Source: Eledone cirrhosa (Eukaryota). From it: a stretch of DNA of 64,000 bases. The translations under genes were made by a program, and so were the position numbers. Location: contig OZ024742.1 in the NCBI GenBank assembly GCA_964016885.1, positions 98,766,001 to 98,830,000 on the forward strand, in the 5' to 3' direction. The notes under the pieces were generated by a model. That model made no database searches. It was not told the origin of the DNA and saw only the letters and a list, made by a program, of their open reading frames with translations. Positions 32,223 to 46,984 of this stretch are shown in pieces (position 1 is the first letter of the stretch; the number at the start of each line of letters is the position of its first letter).

Positions 32223-33101
32223 GTGGTTGTCTTATTTATATTGTTGCAGTTGTTGTTATCATCATATTAATGCTGTTACTGTGTTGTTATTGTTGTGGGT
32301 TTGTGATATAGTGTCCTTGTATTGTTGTTACCGTTGTTATCGAACTTTTATTAGTATCAGTATTATTGTTGCAGTTGTTGATGTTGTAAGGACAGACTTA
32401 GTGATATAATCCCATCAATGTTTCAAATATTGTTGTTTTTGTTGTTGTTGTTGCTGTTGTGATGATGCTGTCGTTGACATAATGTCGATGATGCTGTTGC
32501 TATTCTTGTTAAGGCTGTGTTTCTTGTTAATGCTGCAGTTTTTATTCTTTTTCGTCTCCTCATTGTTTTTGTTGTTAAAATGTTAATGTCTGTGTTGTTT
32601 TTGTTGTTAGGGATGTCGATGTTTTAGGGATGGTGTTATTGGCAATTATTATTGCAATTGTTCTTGCTGTCTTTGTTGCTGTTCTTTTCAATGTCATTGT
32701 TGTCTTCTTGTTGTACTCTCTGGTCATGTGTGATGTCAAGTGAACTAAATCACCTGGAGTCCCCAACACAATAAGACGATCTGCCATTATGTTTGATGTC
32801 GGATGATTGGTATCAGTCAACTGTATTGCAGTTTCTTTTATCCGGTATATGAAATTATAAATAGATATATATAGTATTACAATATTACTACCACATCTAG
32901 AGTGTCTACTACTTTACTACCATGTTATCTATTCTGTCTTGTCGGATGTTATGTATCTACGTGATTTTATGCAAGTGTATATTATGAATATCTTTACAGA
33001 TAGAAAAACAGATAAATAGTTAGAGGGAAAAAGACTATGTGGTACATTATATATCAAACACAGGGAATGTGCAGATAAACCTACATATACATACATACAA
33101 A

Positions 33102-33221
<120 letters not shown>

Positions 33222-33408
33222 TCTTCGTCTTCATTCTCCCATCTATTCCTGTTTAAAGAAATTAAAAAATAACTTAAATATATACTTGGAGACGGAAAAA
33301 AATGGGCAGCGATGCATACGTTTACGCATCTGTATATTGTAAAGATTATGTAACTAGAAGTGTAAACAGCGGTTGACTTCATGAGTTCTTGCCATTTACC
33401 CCGTATAT

Positions 33409-33520
33409 ATGGCTGAGTGGTTAGAGAATTGTATTCGCAATCATGAGGTTGTGAGTTCGATTCCTGGACTGGGCAATGCGTTATGTCCTTCAGCAAGAGA
33501 CTTTATTTCACGTTGCTCCT
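33409..33520 (+). mobile_element. tRNA-derived head of a second SINE family
   Basis: A box TGGCTGAGTGG, B box GTTCGATTCC, then tgtccttcagcaagagactttatttcacgttgctc, which overlaps in homology with 50420-50465 (minus strand). Confidence 0.75.
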
Positions 33521-33595
33521 TCTACCTGGAGTTGCGACTGATAGATAGTATTAGCAATTGGAAAGACCAACACACGTGCATACACATACATACGC

Positions 33596-33649
<54 letters not shown>

Positions 33650-33879
33650 GCGTATGTATGTGTATGCGTGTGTGTGTGTGTATGTTGATGTATATGGACA
33701 TGTGGGCATGTGTCTGTGTATGTACGTGCCTCTCTGGATGCATGTATGCGTATGTTTATATGTTCTCCTTAAATGTGTGTGTATGGCGTGAGTCTATGCG
33801 TACGACTGTCGTTATGTATGTGATTATGTGCGTGTGTGTGTGTGTGTCTGTGAGTGCTCGCGTGGATGTGTGAACTACC

Positions 33880-34215
33880 ATACACAGCAGTAATTTATTG
33901 AATTGTAGTAGACATAGGACAGACAACGCCATGATAGTCAGCGGACTGGTACCTGTGGTCAGAATTATGATGACGTAGACAACCAGCGGCCAATCACAGG
34001 ACGCGCGAAGAGGATGAGTTTTTGACGGTACTGGCCAAGAGGGTCAGATAGCCCAGTGAGAGAATATCCGAAATCATTAGAAGTGTCCGTCGAACCTGCT
34101 GATCCAGAATCAGACAGATCCACACAAGGATCGCGTCACGAGCTGTCCGCCGGCGAAACAATTGTAACACACAATTAATTGAGTTCAGGTGGTGCATCAC
34201 TGATTTTTCGTTTTC
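33880..34215 (-). mobile_element. Copy of the TGT...ACA family internal region
   Basis: Reverse complement of 17913-18160; translations of the two regions align over about 60 codons. Confidence 0.8.
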
Positions 34216-35280
34216 TATTATATATATATATATATATATATATAAACACATACACACACACATTCATGCAAACATACGTACATATATGAATATATATAAA
34301 TATATATATATATATCTATATATATATATGTATATATATATATATTTATTTATTAAAATAACAGATTAAAGATTAAGCAAAGAATCGCTGCTTTCACCCT
34401 TAACGGGATCTTTTGAAACTAACAAAGTCAATCTGTGAACGCAGAAGTGAATATTTCAAAAAACGTTGCAACCGGAGGAAGAGAGGAAGACGATATTTTG
34501 TTTCTTGGCAAAGAACGGGGAAAAACGAATATAATACGTCATTATTTGAAGCGGTGAAAAACAATTACACGCAAAGACAAAACCACGTAAATGGTATAAC
34601 TGAAGTCGTAGACTAAAATTCTAACTAGTAAACCGAATGATTCTCGGCTTCAGAGTTAAGAATAAGGTAAATAAAATACAGAGATAAATGAAATTAAATA
34701 AGTACATACACGCATCCATATACGTACATACACAAGTATACGCGATAACACTCGCCATGGGTATTCAAATACACGCACGTACACACGAAAAAAAAAGAAA
34801 AACTGCACGCACATACAGAACCCACGCAACGCCTGTACCCGCACGCATACGAATGTATACACCAAAATCACATAAAAATATTTAAAAAAATAAAAAAGTA
34901 TATATATATATGTGTGTGTGTTTGCGTGTATACATAAATTAAATAAACGTATATAAATAAATAAATATGTATATAACAAGCGCACACACATACCTACATG
35001 TAAATACACTTATGTTCGGAGACCGACATCAACCAAAACATGAAGTACACATATACACACACACTACATACGTACGAACCCGCATACTCACACAGACGCA
35101 AAACTCACATACACATAACCAAAAGCATATGTACCAATATATATAATATATACGCCATAACATATACAATCAAATATACGTACAAGAAAGTATACGTACC
35201 TTCATAAAACATACCGGTAATATATACTTACCTATACAAATAAGTAATGGTATAAACATAAGATATACTTAGCTACCACA

Positions 35281-35919
35281 TCAAGACGTAAAATATCCGC
35301 GTATAGTTCGTACTCTCCCGTTAGGGTATAATGTCGGGCTGTAATACAGGAAAGTTTTGTGCAATTTATGTTTACAAGCCGAAATTGCCTCAGATTTTTT
35401 GTTTAAGATGTAGTCGTTGGCGTAGAGTATTTCCAGGGCCTCAGCGGCGCAGAGGTCACATGGTCTTTTATTTCCGTTATACGATCTAGCCCTAGCTAGG
35501 ATCTCCCAGTGTAACTTATATTGGGTGTGGTTGTCTTTTAGACTCCAGATATAACCTGAAAGTGACGTCATATTCCTTTTTAAATGGTAACGAAAAGAAT
35601 GGATATGCATGTAAAGACGCTGCTTGAATCTATTGACGGTTAACCCTATGTAGGCCCTACGGGACGTGGGTGTTTCAACCTTACATTTGTAGACAATGTT
35701 ACTAGAGAGGCATTTCCAGGATAGGAGACAGTCAACCCGATTCCTACAATTACAGTTAGTACTAACTACAGGGTTGCACGTGTTCCTACGGCCAGGTAGT
35801 TTAGCTAAATTTGAAGCTGTGATGTTATGTGCAATGTTAGGAGTCGTAGAGTAAGAACTTTTAATAGTATTTCTATTAAACTTTTTACTATATTTATTTG
35901 TAAGGGGAAAATGCTTCAT
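35281..35919 (-). mobile_element. Naiad-type Penelope-like element C-terminus: RT thumb end, CxC..C linker and GIY-YIG endonuclease (open 212-aa frame, 5' truncated)
   Basis: KHFP..KFNRNTIKSSYSTTPN..CNCRNRVDCLLSWKCLSSNIVYKCKV..YIGLTVNRFKQRLYMHIHSF..TSLSGYIWSLK..LHWEIL..CDLCAAE..LNKKSE..CKH. Confidence 0.9.
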
Positions 35920-36032
35920 AATAAGGGAGAGAAAGATCTTCTAGGTCTATTTACGGTTCTTATACATTTGATATATATTTATCCTTATCGAGACCTCTTT
36001 GGATTTTAGTCTTCAAATTTATCATTATTACT

Positions 36033-36063
<31 letters not shown>

Positions 36064-36064
36064 G

Positions 36065-36195
36065 GCAGGTCCGACGAGCTTTTGATTCCAGAATCGCGCG
36101 TGATCGAACCTTGAGCTGATCAGTACAAATCGAACTTTGAACTGTTCAATAGCAAAACCCACATCTCTACTCAATAAACGTGTCGTCCATTTTAT
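36065..36195 (-). mobile_element. Diverged fragment of the TGT...ACA family between (TA)n tracts
   Basis: gtccgacgagcttttgattccagaatc..cttgagctgatc..aataaa resembles 34085-34180. Confidence 0.45.
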
Positions 36196-36205
36196 TATTA
36201 TTACG

Positions 36206-36258
<53 letters not shown>

Positions 36259-37389
36259 TATATATATACGTATATATATTATTTGCATTTGCGCGCGTGT
36301 GTGTATATATGCATATGATATAGGTCAGAGTAATATGATCGTTTAATATTTTAATATCAGCTGTAAGTTTGAATCCTATAATAGAATTTCATGTTTATAT
36401 AGAGAGAAGTTTGTGAAGGGATCAAAGGGTTAATTAAGAATTTCTAGAATAGACTTCAGATATTGTGTAGCTCTATTTTCAAACAGATGGAAATATGGTT
36501 GGAATTGAAATGACACCTGGCCTCTTACTGCATGTTACAACACAAGCACGCACATATATTCCCACAAACAGACACACACACATACGCAAATACGTACGTA
36601 CGCATATCTACTCTCTGACACACAGGCACACAGAAACACATAGACATATTTACACACGCACTTCTCATTAATATCTCCCGTGTCATTCTAAGTTAAACAC
36701 ATTAATTACAATATACCTATTTTTCCTCCTGGCAACCATTGTACATGTAATTATGCATAAATACTATAAATATACATAGGCACGGAAACACATACATACA
36801 CATATACATAAACTCACTGAGAGATACACAAATATACATACATGAACATTCAACTACAAACACTTCCACAAATGCATAGAAATACACACATACACAAATG
36901 TATTATTAAACACTTATCAAATTCTGTCAATTACCCCTCTGCGCAAGTTACGCAGTGTCAAATCACACCTCAACAGAAAATCTCTACATATGTGGCAACT
37001 TCTTTTCAATCGAGAATGTACTCAATGGGTAGTGGATCTCAGCTTAAACAAGCCTCTCCACTCCATTAATATCTCTCATAGTTCACTTACACTGGTCACC
37101 ACCATCCAAGACACACTATAAATAACATGTATTTCCCACTCGGAAAACATTCTACCTTAGATGAGAATAAACGTCTCTCTTTATTATTATTTTCACCCCC
37201 ATCCATCGCATTATACATTGTTAATTTCTTTACGAGACAGTAAATTGTGATTTGAGGAGGATTAGGCTGCTTTTTTTTTTACCAAATCAAATAACCATGT
37301 AGATACACCCATGTTTGTTGTTTTGAAGTTACTTTTAGAATTGGTGATGGTATTGACGATGATGGTAGAAATTGTAATTATAGTGTGTG

Positions 37390-37545
37390 ATTTAGGCACA
37401 AGGCCAACCATTTTAGGGGAGGGAAAAGCCAATTAAATCGACACCGGTGCATTACCGGTGCTTTATTTAATCGACTCCGTAAGGATGAAAGGCAAAGATA
37501 ACCTCCGCAGGATTTGAACTCAGAATGCAAATGGCTGTAACTGAG
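37390..37545 (-). mobile_element. SINE copy
   Basis: tttaggcacaaggcc..tcgactccgtaaggatgaaaggcaaag..atttgaactcagaa. Confidence 0.8.
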
Positions 37546-37891
37546 TTCAAATTACATAAAGTTTGTTGGGAAACGTAAAAATGAATATTAGTTGTAAATA
37601 GGTTCGGTCATTGGTTATAATGCTGATGAGACTTAGAGTCTTATTGTTCTTTTTGAAATGCCTTTACCCATTGGTAACTATTTTAGTTCGGTAATGTTCA
37701 CCATTTCTGAGATACGTAAGTGAGAGAAAGATGTGAACTAATCTTTGTACACACGAAATAAATTAATGCCAGCTTTGTCATGATGGGAGGTTGCGTATAT
37801 TTACAAAATCAACAAATATTGTAAACGTGAAAGGGGACTAAACAATAAATTACCATCATGACGATACGTTGCATCTGGCATACCACAGAGG

Positions 37892-38050
37892 AATAACTGT
37901 TTCTACTTTTGGCACAAGGTCAGCAATTATCCAGTACCTTACTAGTAGTTTATTTTATCGACCCCGTAAGGATGAATGACAAAGTTAACCTCGCCGGGGT
38001 TTGAACTCAGATCGTAAAGGGACCTAACTATGCTTGAAAGCATGTCCGTA
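37892..38050 (-). mobile_element. SINE copy
   Basis: gtttctacttttggcacaagg..tcgaccccgtaaggatg..tttgaactcagatcgtaaagg. Confidence 0.85.
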
Positions 38051-40458
38051 CTGCCTAATTGTTATAGGGTAAATGTGTGTAGCGCTATCTTTTTTTATGG
38101 GGCGTCAACCATGAAACTCTTAGTCTTGCATATATTTCTATGTTGGTACCAAAGATAAACAACACTAGCCTGAGGTTTTCAGTGCGATATGTGATGTGCC
38201 TGATTGGTAGGTTGAAAATTGTTATTTTTCATAATATTTTTGTGGCAGGTACTAGAGAGTGGAGGATAATATATTCGGTGTAATTTGTACTTGATCTCCG
38301 CATTCACATATGAAATCTCGCTGTTTGAATTGATAAAATAATGTAGAAGTCGAGAAAAGCGTATTAGTAGGATTTTTAGATCTCTTGTACTATTTGTTTC
38401 TGCTCTTCGTGTAAATGATTAAATCCCACTACACCTTTCTTAAATTATAGACTTAATCTGCCGGCCGATTTAACATCACCACATGGTCATTAGTTGGATT
38501 TCGCGGAATACTGTCTATTACAAAGATTAAGGCTAGGCCATCTGTTTGATAAAATATACGTGTCATCCTCCAACATGTTTCGGAGACCCAGAAAAGGTTC
38601 ATAGACTTGATCGTACCTTCCCTGATTAGATTTATAAATAAATTCATTGCTCAACATGACGGAGTGCTTCAAAACTAACTCCCTAGTAACCTCGAATGAT
38701 TTATGAATTATCAGTTTGAATCTTATTCAAAGAATATTGATTTCTCACATATTTCTTACATTAACACATCTTCAAATTTTGCACCAGTGTGGAAAAGTCA
38801 ATTGAATTGACCTATCTGTCTTGTTCTTATTGACCTTACGCCTTGTTCTTAACAACCTTATGTCTTGTTCTTTTATCGTGCATTGTTCTTATCGACTTAC
38901 TATTTTCAACACCATATGATCCTCTTCACACTATGATTTATCTTTGTCACGATTAAACGATAATATGCTGGGATTGGCTTTCTGAAACAGTTGAGAATAA
39001 TTTGCTTAGAAAGGAGAAGAGTACATTATCAGTGTGTGTTTGTAAAGTATATGAGGAAATATCTTTTGGTAGTTAATTACGTCCCATTATTAACCTTAAA
39101 AACCAGCCCGGTGTACCGATATTGCCTTTTATCCTCCTGGAGAAGATGAAATAATGTACCAGTGAAGTACTGGGGTAACTGTAATCGACTATAAACTCTT
39201 CATAACATATGAAGCCTGTTCAAATGTCAGAAATCGATAACAGACGTGATTATGGAACTACATAGACAAATTTATTCAGTGTGTATAAATGTATTGATCT
39301 ACATTCCTAGGCACAAGAAAGAGATAATGTTTAATGGCCATATAAAGGATAGAATAGTCGATTAAATTAATCCTAATTCTTAGCTGGTATATATTTATTG
39401 ATTATGGGGGGAATGTGAGGGGAAAATGGTGACCCTGTCAATATTTAAAATCACTACATAAACGTAATTATATACTTCTAGAAAGCTTGTAGTACTCAGG
39501 ATTCTTATTGTAGCATCCATATGACTGAATACTGCCAACAGAGGAGCTCTGTCTTCTACCGATTCCGAGATTCTACGCTCTAAATATTGCCATAAAATTA
39601 ATTTCGTTCTATGATGGGTATGACATCAACCGCATAAATCCAGTGACTGTCGTAGTTTTGTAGTTCTTGCTATAGAAACGGATATGGTTATGTTTTCGTT
39701 CCATATTCTCCCACAGGTACGTCTTATTGTGTCCTGGAATTTTAGAAGGAGCATGGTCAATGTTATTAACCTGGCTTCTTCATATAATTAATGACAGGTG
39801 TAAATACGATACAACTACTCAGATATCAATATTCTATTCTGGCTGAAACGGTACTGTGAGCTAACAACAAAAGATACCTTTCATCAGATACAGAAGCAAA
39901 AACAGTAAGAAGTGTGGAAAATAATATTGCATTGGATCAAGTCACATGGCGGTTAACTGTAATGCATTTCTATTCAAACCAGGGTAATATAAGGTGGGGA
40001 CATTTTTCATTGTAACGAGGGTGAAGATGAAAATAGAACATCTGCAACTTAAAGCAAGTAGCATTAGAAGAAACATTATGATTGATAATATCTAGAAAAA
40101 CAAATCATTGAAGTTCTTCATAGATTTTTGTTTCTTTCTTACAAACCACATGTCGTTTTAGAACGTAGGAAACTGAAGGGCCACAGTTACAAATCATAGA
40201 TCAGTTGAAGGTCTTGATTGCTCTTGCAAAATAAACAACAAAGACTACAGCGTCATGTGCGTCATCACGACTACAACTACAGTGCATGGTGAAAAATACC
40301 AACGATAACAACGTTATTAACATTAGTTAAGACATCAACACAACTGAACAGCGGCAAAAGCAAAACTACTTTAAACAGAAGTGGCTCGTTGATGAAGCTG
40401 CCCGTACCTCAACCAATTTTATTTGAATTCGGTCAGAACTTTGGTAGCAAATTATTGT

Positions 40459-40624
<166 letters not shown>

Positions 40625-40902
40625 AGCAGAGTTGGATGGACATAGAAACGGACTCTCTTCTCTGGATGAACATGTTTGTGAAAATTTATTTTTCTTCCCC
40701 TTTTTATTTTCATTTTCTTCATTACTATTATTATCACTATTTGTACAAATATGCAAGATAATATTCTGCATATCCGCAATTATCAATGCATTTAATGCTG
40801 AAACCGGTATTGTAAATAAATTAATGTATTAATATCTCACTGAAAAAAATCTCTTCAACATTTTCTACTGAAATAATCTTTCTACTATTTGTTTATTTAT
40901 AA

Positions 40903-41680
40903 TATAAAGAAAATAAAAGTTACGAGCGAAAGAGGGTAATATCCATCGTCAGTTGTCTGCTAGGAATCATAGGTATTTCTTCGCGTTAGAGACAAGATAC
41001 CTCAGCCTAGAGCGAGCAATAACTAAAATAAGTTATTGGGGGGGGGGGTACGTAAACGGATACTAAAACTGAAGCAACGTAAAGAGATGGAAAGTATCAA
41101 GTCAACAACTTTTTTCGAACATGAGTTCTGTCAAGTTTGACGAGAGAACAGACACATCTTCACTGTAGCAGTGTGAGCGAGAAAAGAGACTGCTTGCAGT
41201 GGTGGACGAGGGAGGAATTGAGCTAGTGGAGATAGGGTGACCAGCAGAGAGAGAGTGAGTGAAAGTACGAGGGAGAAGGAGAGAGAAGGGGAGAGAGATG
41301 ATGGCAACAAGGGAGAGAAAAGACGGGTCACAGCGGAAGGAAAATTATATGAATAAAATGGCGGGCTGTGTGGTTGCAATTAAGTATAATGAAGATGAAA
41401 GTTACGGGCGATAAAAGTTGTTGACTTGATATTTTCCCTCTCTTTACGTTGCTTCACTTTTCGTATCTGTTTACGTTTGTCTCCCCCCCCCTCCAACCTT
41501 CTTATTTATCCCAATAACTTATTTTAATTGTTGCTCGCCCTAGGCTGAGATATATTGTCTCTAACGTGAAGAAATACCTATGATTCCTAGCAGACAACTG
41601 ACGATGTATATTACCCTCTTTCGCCCATAACTTTTATTTTCATTTATACTTAAATGCAACCACACAGCCCGCCATTTTAA
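40903..41680. repeat. Fold-back element with about 210-bp inverted arms plus a nested about 55-bp inversion
   Basis: 40903-41114 is the reverse complement of about 41413-41648. 41354-41410 is the reverse complement of about 41621-41679. Confidence 0.85.
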
Positions 41681-41732
41681 TTAATATATATATATATATA
41701 TACAAAATCAAAAGATGGTTAAAAGAGTTCCA

Positions 41733-41805
41733 TGTATTGTATTATGCGCATTTCAAAAACAAATATCATCATGGGATGATATTTGTGTTCTCATCAGATA
41801 AAATA
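41733..41805 (-). ncRNA. Type I hammerhead ribozyme in a solo Naiad-type pLTR
   Basis: Minus strand reads tattttat CTGATGA gaacacaaatatcatc-ccat-gatgatatttgttttt GAAA tgcgca TA atacaata: 16-nt stem II arms, palindromic stem III, AUA triplet, 7/8-bp stem I. Confidence 0.8.
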
Positions 41806-41956
41806 GGGAGACATGATATGAAGCTTAAAAGACACTTGCGACCAGTGAAGTGTTAAATCAACATATGAGAAATATTATTTATACTCCAGTCCTATAAACT
41901 GTTGAGTGCTACTTATCCGATATTTGCATTGCTTTACTATAATAAAACTCACCTCC

Positions 41957-42021
<65 letters not shown>

Positions 42022-42199
42022 CGTTGTTGTACTACAAGCCACATATTTGTATGGAAGAGTATGTCGCAATATGAACTGGCAGCAGACAACCGGTAGAAAG
42101 CCGTTTAAGTCATATAAATTTATATACGTTCATATGTTCATCATTTGTCCAAACGAAAGAAAATGATTTTTTATTAAAATGTATATTAGACGCACATGA

Positions 42200-43040
42200 A
42201 TTTACAAGTTATCTCATTCAAAACACTTGGGAATTCGCAACTTTATTCCATTGATTGAAGCAGTACTAGAAGTTATTTTCTATGAGTGTCAGATGATCGT
42301 CGGTTACAATTGTTTGTATACTTTCCACAATCCCAAAATGATGAGCCGTTGCTTTCGATTTCAACTTAAGGAAGATGTAGAAATAACACGGAGCTAGATA
42401 TGGGCTGTATGGAGGATTTGAAAGAGTGGAAATAGTTTTCCTAACCAGGAATTCTCTAATTGAAAGTGCTGTGTGAGCAGGTGAGTTATCGTAGTGCAGT
42501 ACCCAATCTCCTGCAACGTTCTTTCGGATTCAATGGATAATATTTTGGAGTCTTTCCAATACATCATTGTAGAAGGTGCCATTATCTCTCTGACCTGGAG
42601 GTCAACATTCTTTGTGAACAATATATGTCTGCCGAAAAAACATGATAAACATGGTTTTCACTCTGGATTTTTTCATGCGTGATTTCTTTGAACGAAGATA
42701 ATTTTTCCCGTGCCACTTCAGAATTTGCCGCTTTGTCTTGGCATCGTACTCGAGCATCCTTGATTCATCTATTATTATTTTTCCGGAGTCGATAGAATAA
42801 AGTACCAGTAATGCATTGGGTAATTGCTGGCCTTGTGCCAAAAGTAGAAACAATTATTTTATCAAAGAAATTTGATTTAATTTTGAGTCCTTCAAGCGTA
42901 TCCTGACAAATTTTCAAACGGTTCACCTTTTACACTATGGACAAGTGTTAAATAATTCGGTGGTAAAGCTTTTGTTCCCCACCATTGTTCAATAGTTTCA
43001 TGCATCGCAAACTTAAAAGAGGTTATAAACACGTGCGTAC
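42200..43040 (-). pseudogene. Mariner (DD34D) transposase remnant interrupted by a SINE fragment (42783-42858)
   Basis: Translates as IIIDESRMLEYDAKTKRQ..W..KSRVKTMFIMFF..IVHKE and WVLHYDNSPAHTALSIREFL..PPYSPYLAPCYFYIFLKL. Confidence 0.85.
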
Positions 43041-43530
43041 ATAAAGAGAAATTACCTCCACCTGATCATGTTGAAACAAGGATGTCCATGCAGCCAAGGT
43101 CATATCCAATAAGGATATGTACATCAACGAGGGACTCTCTTGTCATGTCGTACATGGGGAAACCAGTACCCTAACTTTTGGGACGAAGCTTGAAATCTTA
43201 TTTTCATTTTCATCTCAGGCAGTTGCCATGACATTATGTACCACATCTGACAACAGAAAAGAAATATAAATAAACATATCATAAATAAAACAACAAATAC
43301 ATGCACATTATAAAACGATGAAAGAGGAAGTGTCTTGTCACGTGTGAGGGGAAGGTGTTAGGGAGGATAAACGATATTGCGGTTAGTTTAGCCATTGTTG
43401 CCTTTAAAAAGACAAAATATAAAACATATAAATGTATTTTTTGTTCCATTTGCATGTGTACTGTTATCATTAATGTTTTATATATATGAACACACAAACA
43501 CAAGCGCATACACACTGATATATATAAAAA

Positions 43531-45070
<1,540 letters not shown>

Positions 45071-46198
45071 CGTATATACAAATCCGTATCTACATATTCA
45101 TTTTGGTATTTATCATGTCGCATTCTTACTGCGTGAGGTATCGTCGGAAAGATACACCTCACGGAAAGAATTCTGAGTAGGTTTCATAACATTAAATAAC
45201 TACATCAGCTCAAAAAACGAAGGCAACAACAAACCATTAAACACAGTGACAACGAAGAATATAATATGAAAAACAAAGAAATCGAAAAAAATTTAAGAAG
45301 CACGGCAAAACATAATAGAATGTATCACAACACAACACGCCTGAACTCAACACAATGACAAGCGTATAATTTATACCCTATCTGATGGAAAAAAGAAATA
45401 CGGTAATATAAAATACAGCAGAAAACCAAATAATAGGCATAAACGACCACAACAACAATATTAACATCTGTGAAGCCAAATAGACTATGTGGAATTTTGG
45501 GTTTGATAAGGCTGAGAATTAGACACACCATTAACACTATCAGTAAAATAAACTTGCACCATCGAAGAGGATTTCTTGCTGCACTCAACATTTCCGGATT
45601 CCATTTCCATTTCCATTCCGATCCATCCTGTTCTATTCCCTTCAATACTCTACTACACAGGTCTTTTCTTTAGGAATAGAAATAACCACCACCACCAACA
45701 CCACCTCTTCCACCCCTCCACCTTCTTCATCACCCTATCAATACAACCACCCCCATCCCACCAAATCCACCATCACCCTATCCCCACAACCTTCACGACC
45801 ACAACAACCGCTAGCCTCGCCATTACCACCACAACCACCAGTGAAATTAATACCAATACTTACAACACTAGCCCTATAATACCCACCACAACCACTGCCT
45901 GAATTAATGCCACCACTATCCATACAACAACTAAATAATGATAAAACTCAGAACGATGATCATAACGACAAGAACTCTACTAAGAGTCAACATGACATTA
46001 ACTCCACCAATAATAAGTATAATCATAAAAAACAACAATATCATTAAATACCTTGATAACAGAAATATCAATATTTACTGAAAAAAGAATAACAGCTATG
46101 AAACACAGAATAATATAGGCTCTTTAGATTGGGTAAAATACACAAAACACCTCACCAAAACCATCATTGTCAGAACTTTTCATTACAAGATACAACAT

Positions 46199-46575
46199 AA
46201 TAATTGTTTCTACTTTTGGCAAAAGGCCAGCAATTATCCCAGTGTATTACTGGTACTTTATTTTATCGACCCCGTTAGGATGAAAGGCAAAGTTAACATC
46301 GGCAGCATTTGAACTCAGACGATAAAGGGCAGTAACTATTTGCTGCAAACCATGATTGTTTCTAATTTAGGTACAAGTCTAACAATTTTTGGTGGGAGGG
46401 GAAAGTAGAGTAAATTGACCCCAATGAGTTACTACTACTTTATTTGTTCGACCCAGTAAGGATGAAAGGCAAACGTAACTTCGGCGGGATTTGAAATCAG
46501 AACTCAAAGGTTCTTAACTGTATGCCACGAAGCATGTTGTCTGAAACTCTACCGATTCTACCAATCCAGCGCCAA
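46199..46575 (-). mobile_element. Two SINE copies in tandem (46199-46352 and 46353-46575)
   Basis: Both contain tgtttcta..tt.gg.a.aag..cgaccc..aggatgaaaggcaaa..atttgaa.tcaga. Confidence 0.85.
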
Positions 46576-46984
46576 TTATGTTAATAATAATAATGGCTTC
46601 TTCATTAGACACACATGGCTTACATAAAGAGGACAATAAGGATAGTACATGACAGTACAGGAGAATACAATGTGTTTATTGTGTGATGAAAATGTTTATA
46701 AGGAAGACTAAAGATTAAACATAATAAAAACATAAGAAATTCCCCAAAAGAGGAGATACCTTCGAGAGTTATTCATGGTGAAAGTTCACAAAAGCCATGA
46801 TAAACTTGTCAGCAATGGCAAGTGCCGTCTCTTATATTGTCTCCTCCAATTTGTTGGCACATACTCAGAGCCCATTCATTCCGACTATGCTTGCCTCGGT
46901 CTCACTCACATTTCACCAAACAGGTTGGAAGGCAGTATTGCCTCTCTCAACCAAAATTTCTCTCTTCAGGTGAAGCTCTGATCA

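Noticed and set aside
33409-33480. Possible tRNA gene
   Set aside because: A and B boxes are present, but there is no proper acceptor stem and it continues into a SINE body.
38200-38700. Possible Penelope RT remnant (FYQTDGLAL)
   Set aside because: A single short motif; the other RT motifs could not be recovered by eye.
40935-40960. CTGACGA motif in the fold-back arms (also near 41598)
   Set aside because: No downstream stem II plus GAAA in the right geometry, so it is not called a hammerhead.
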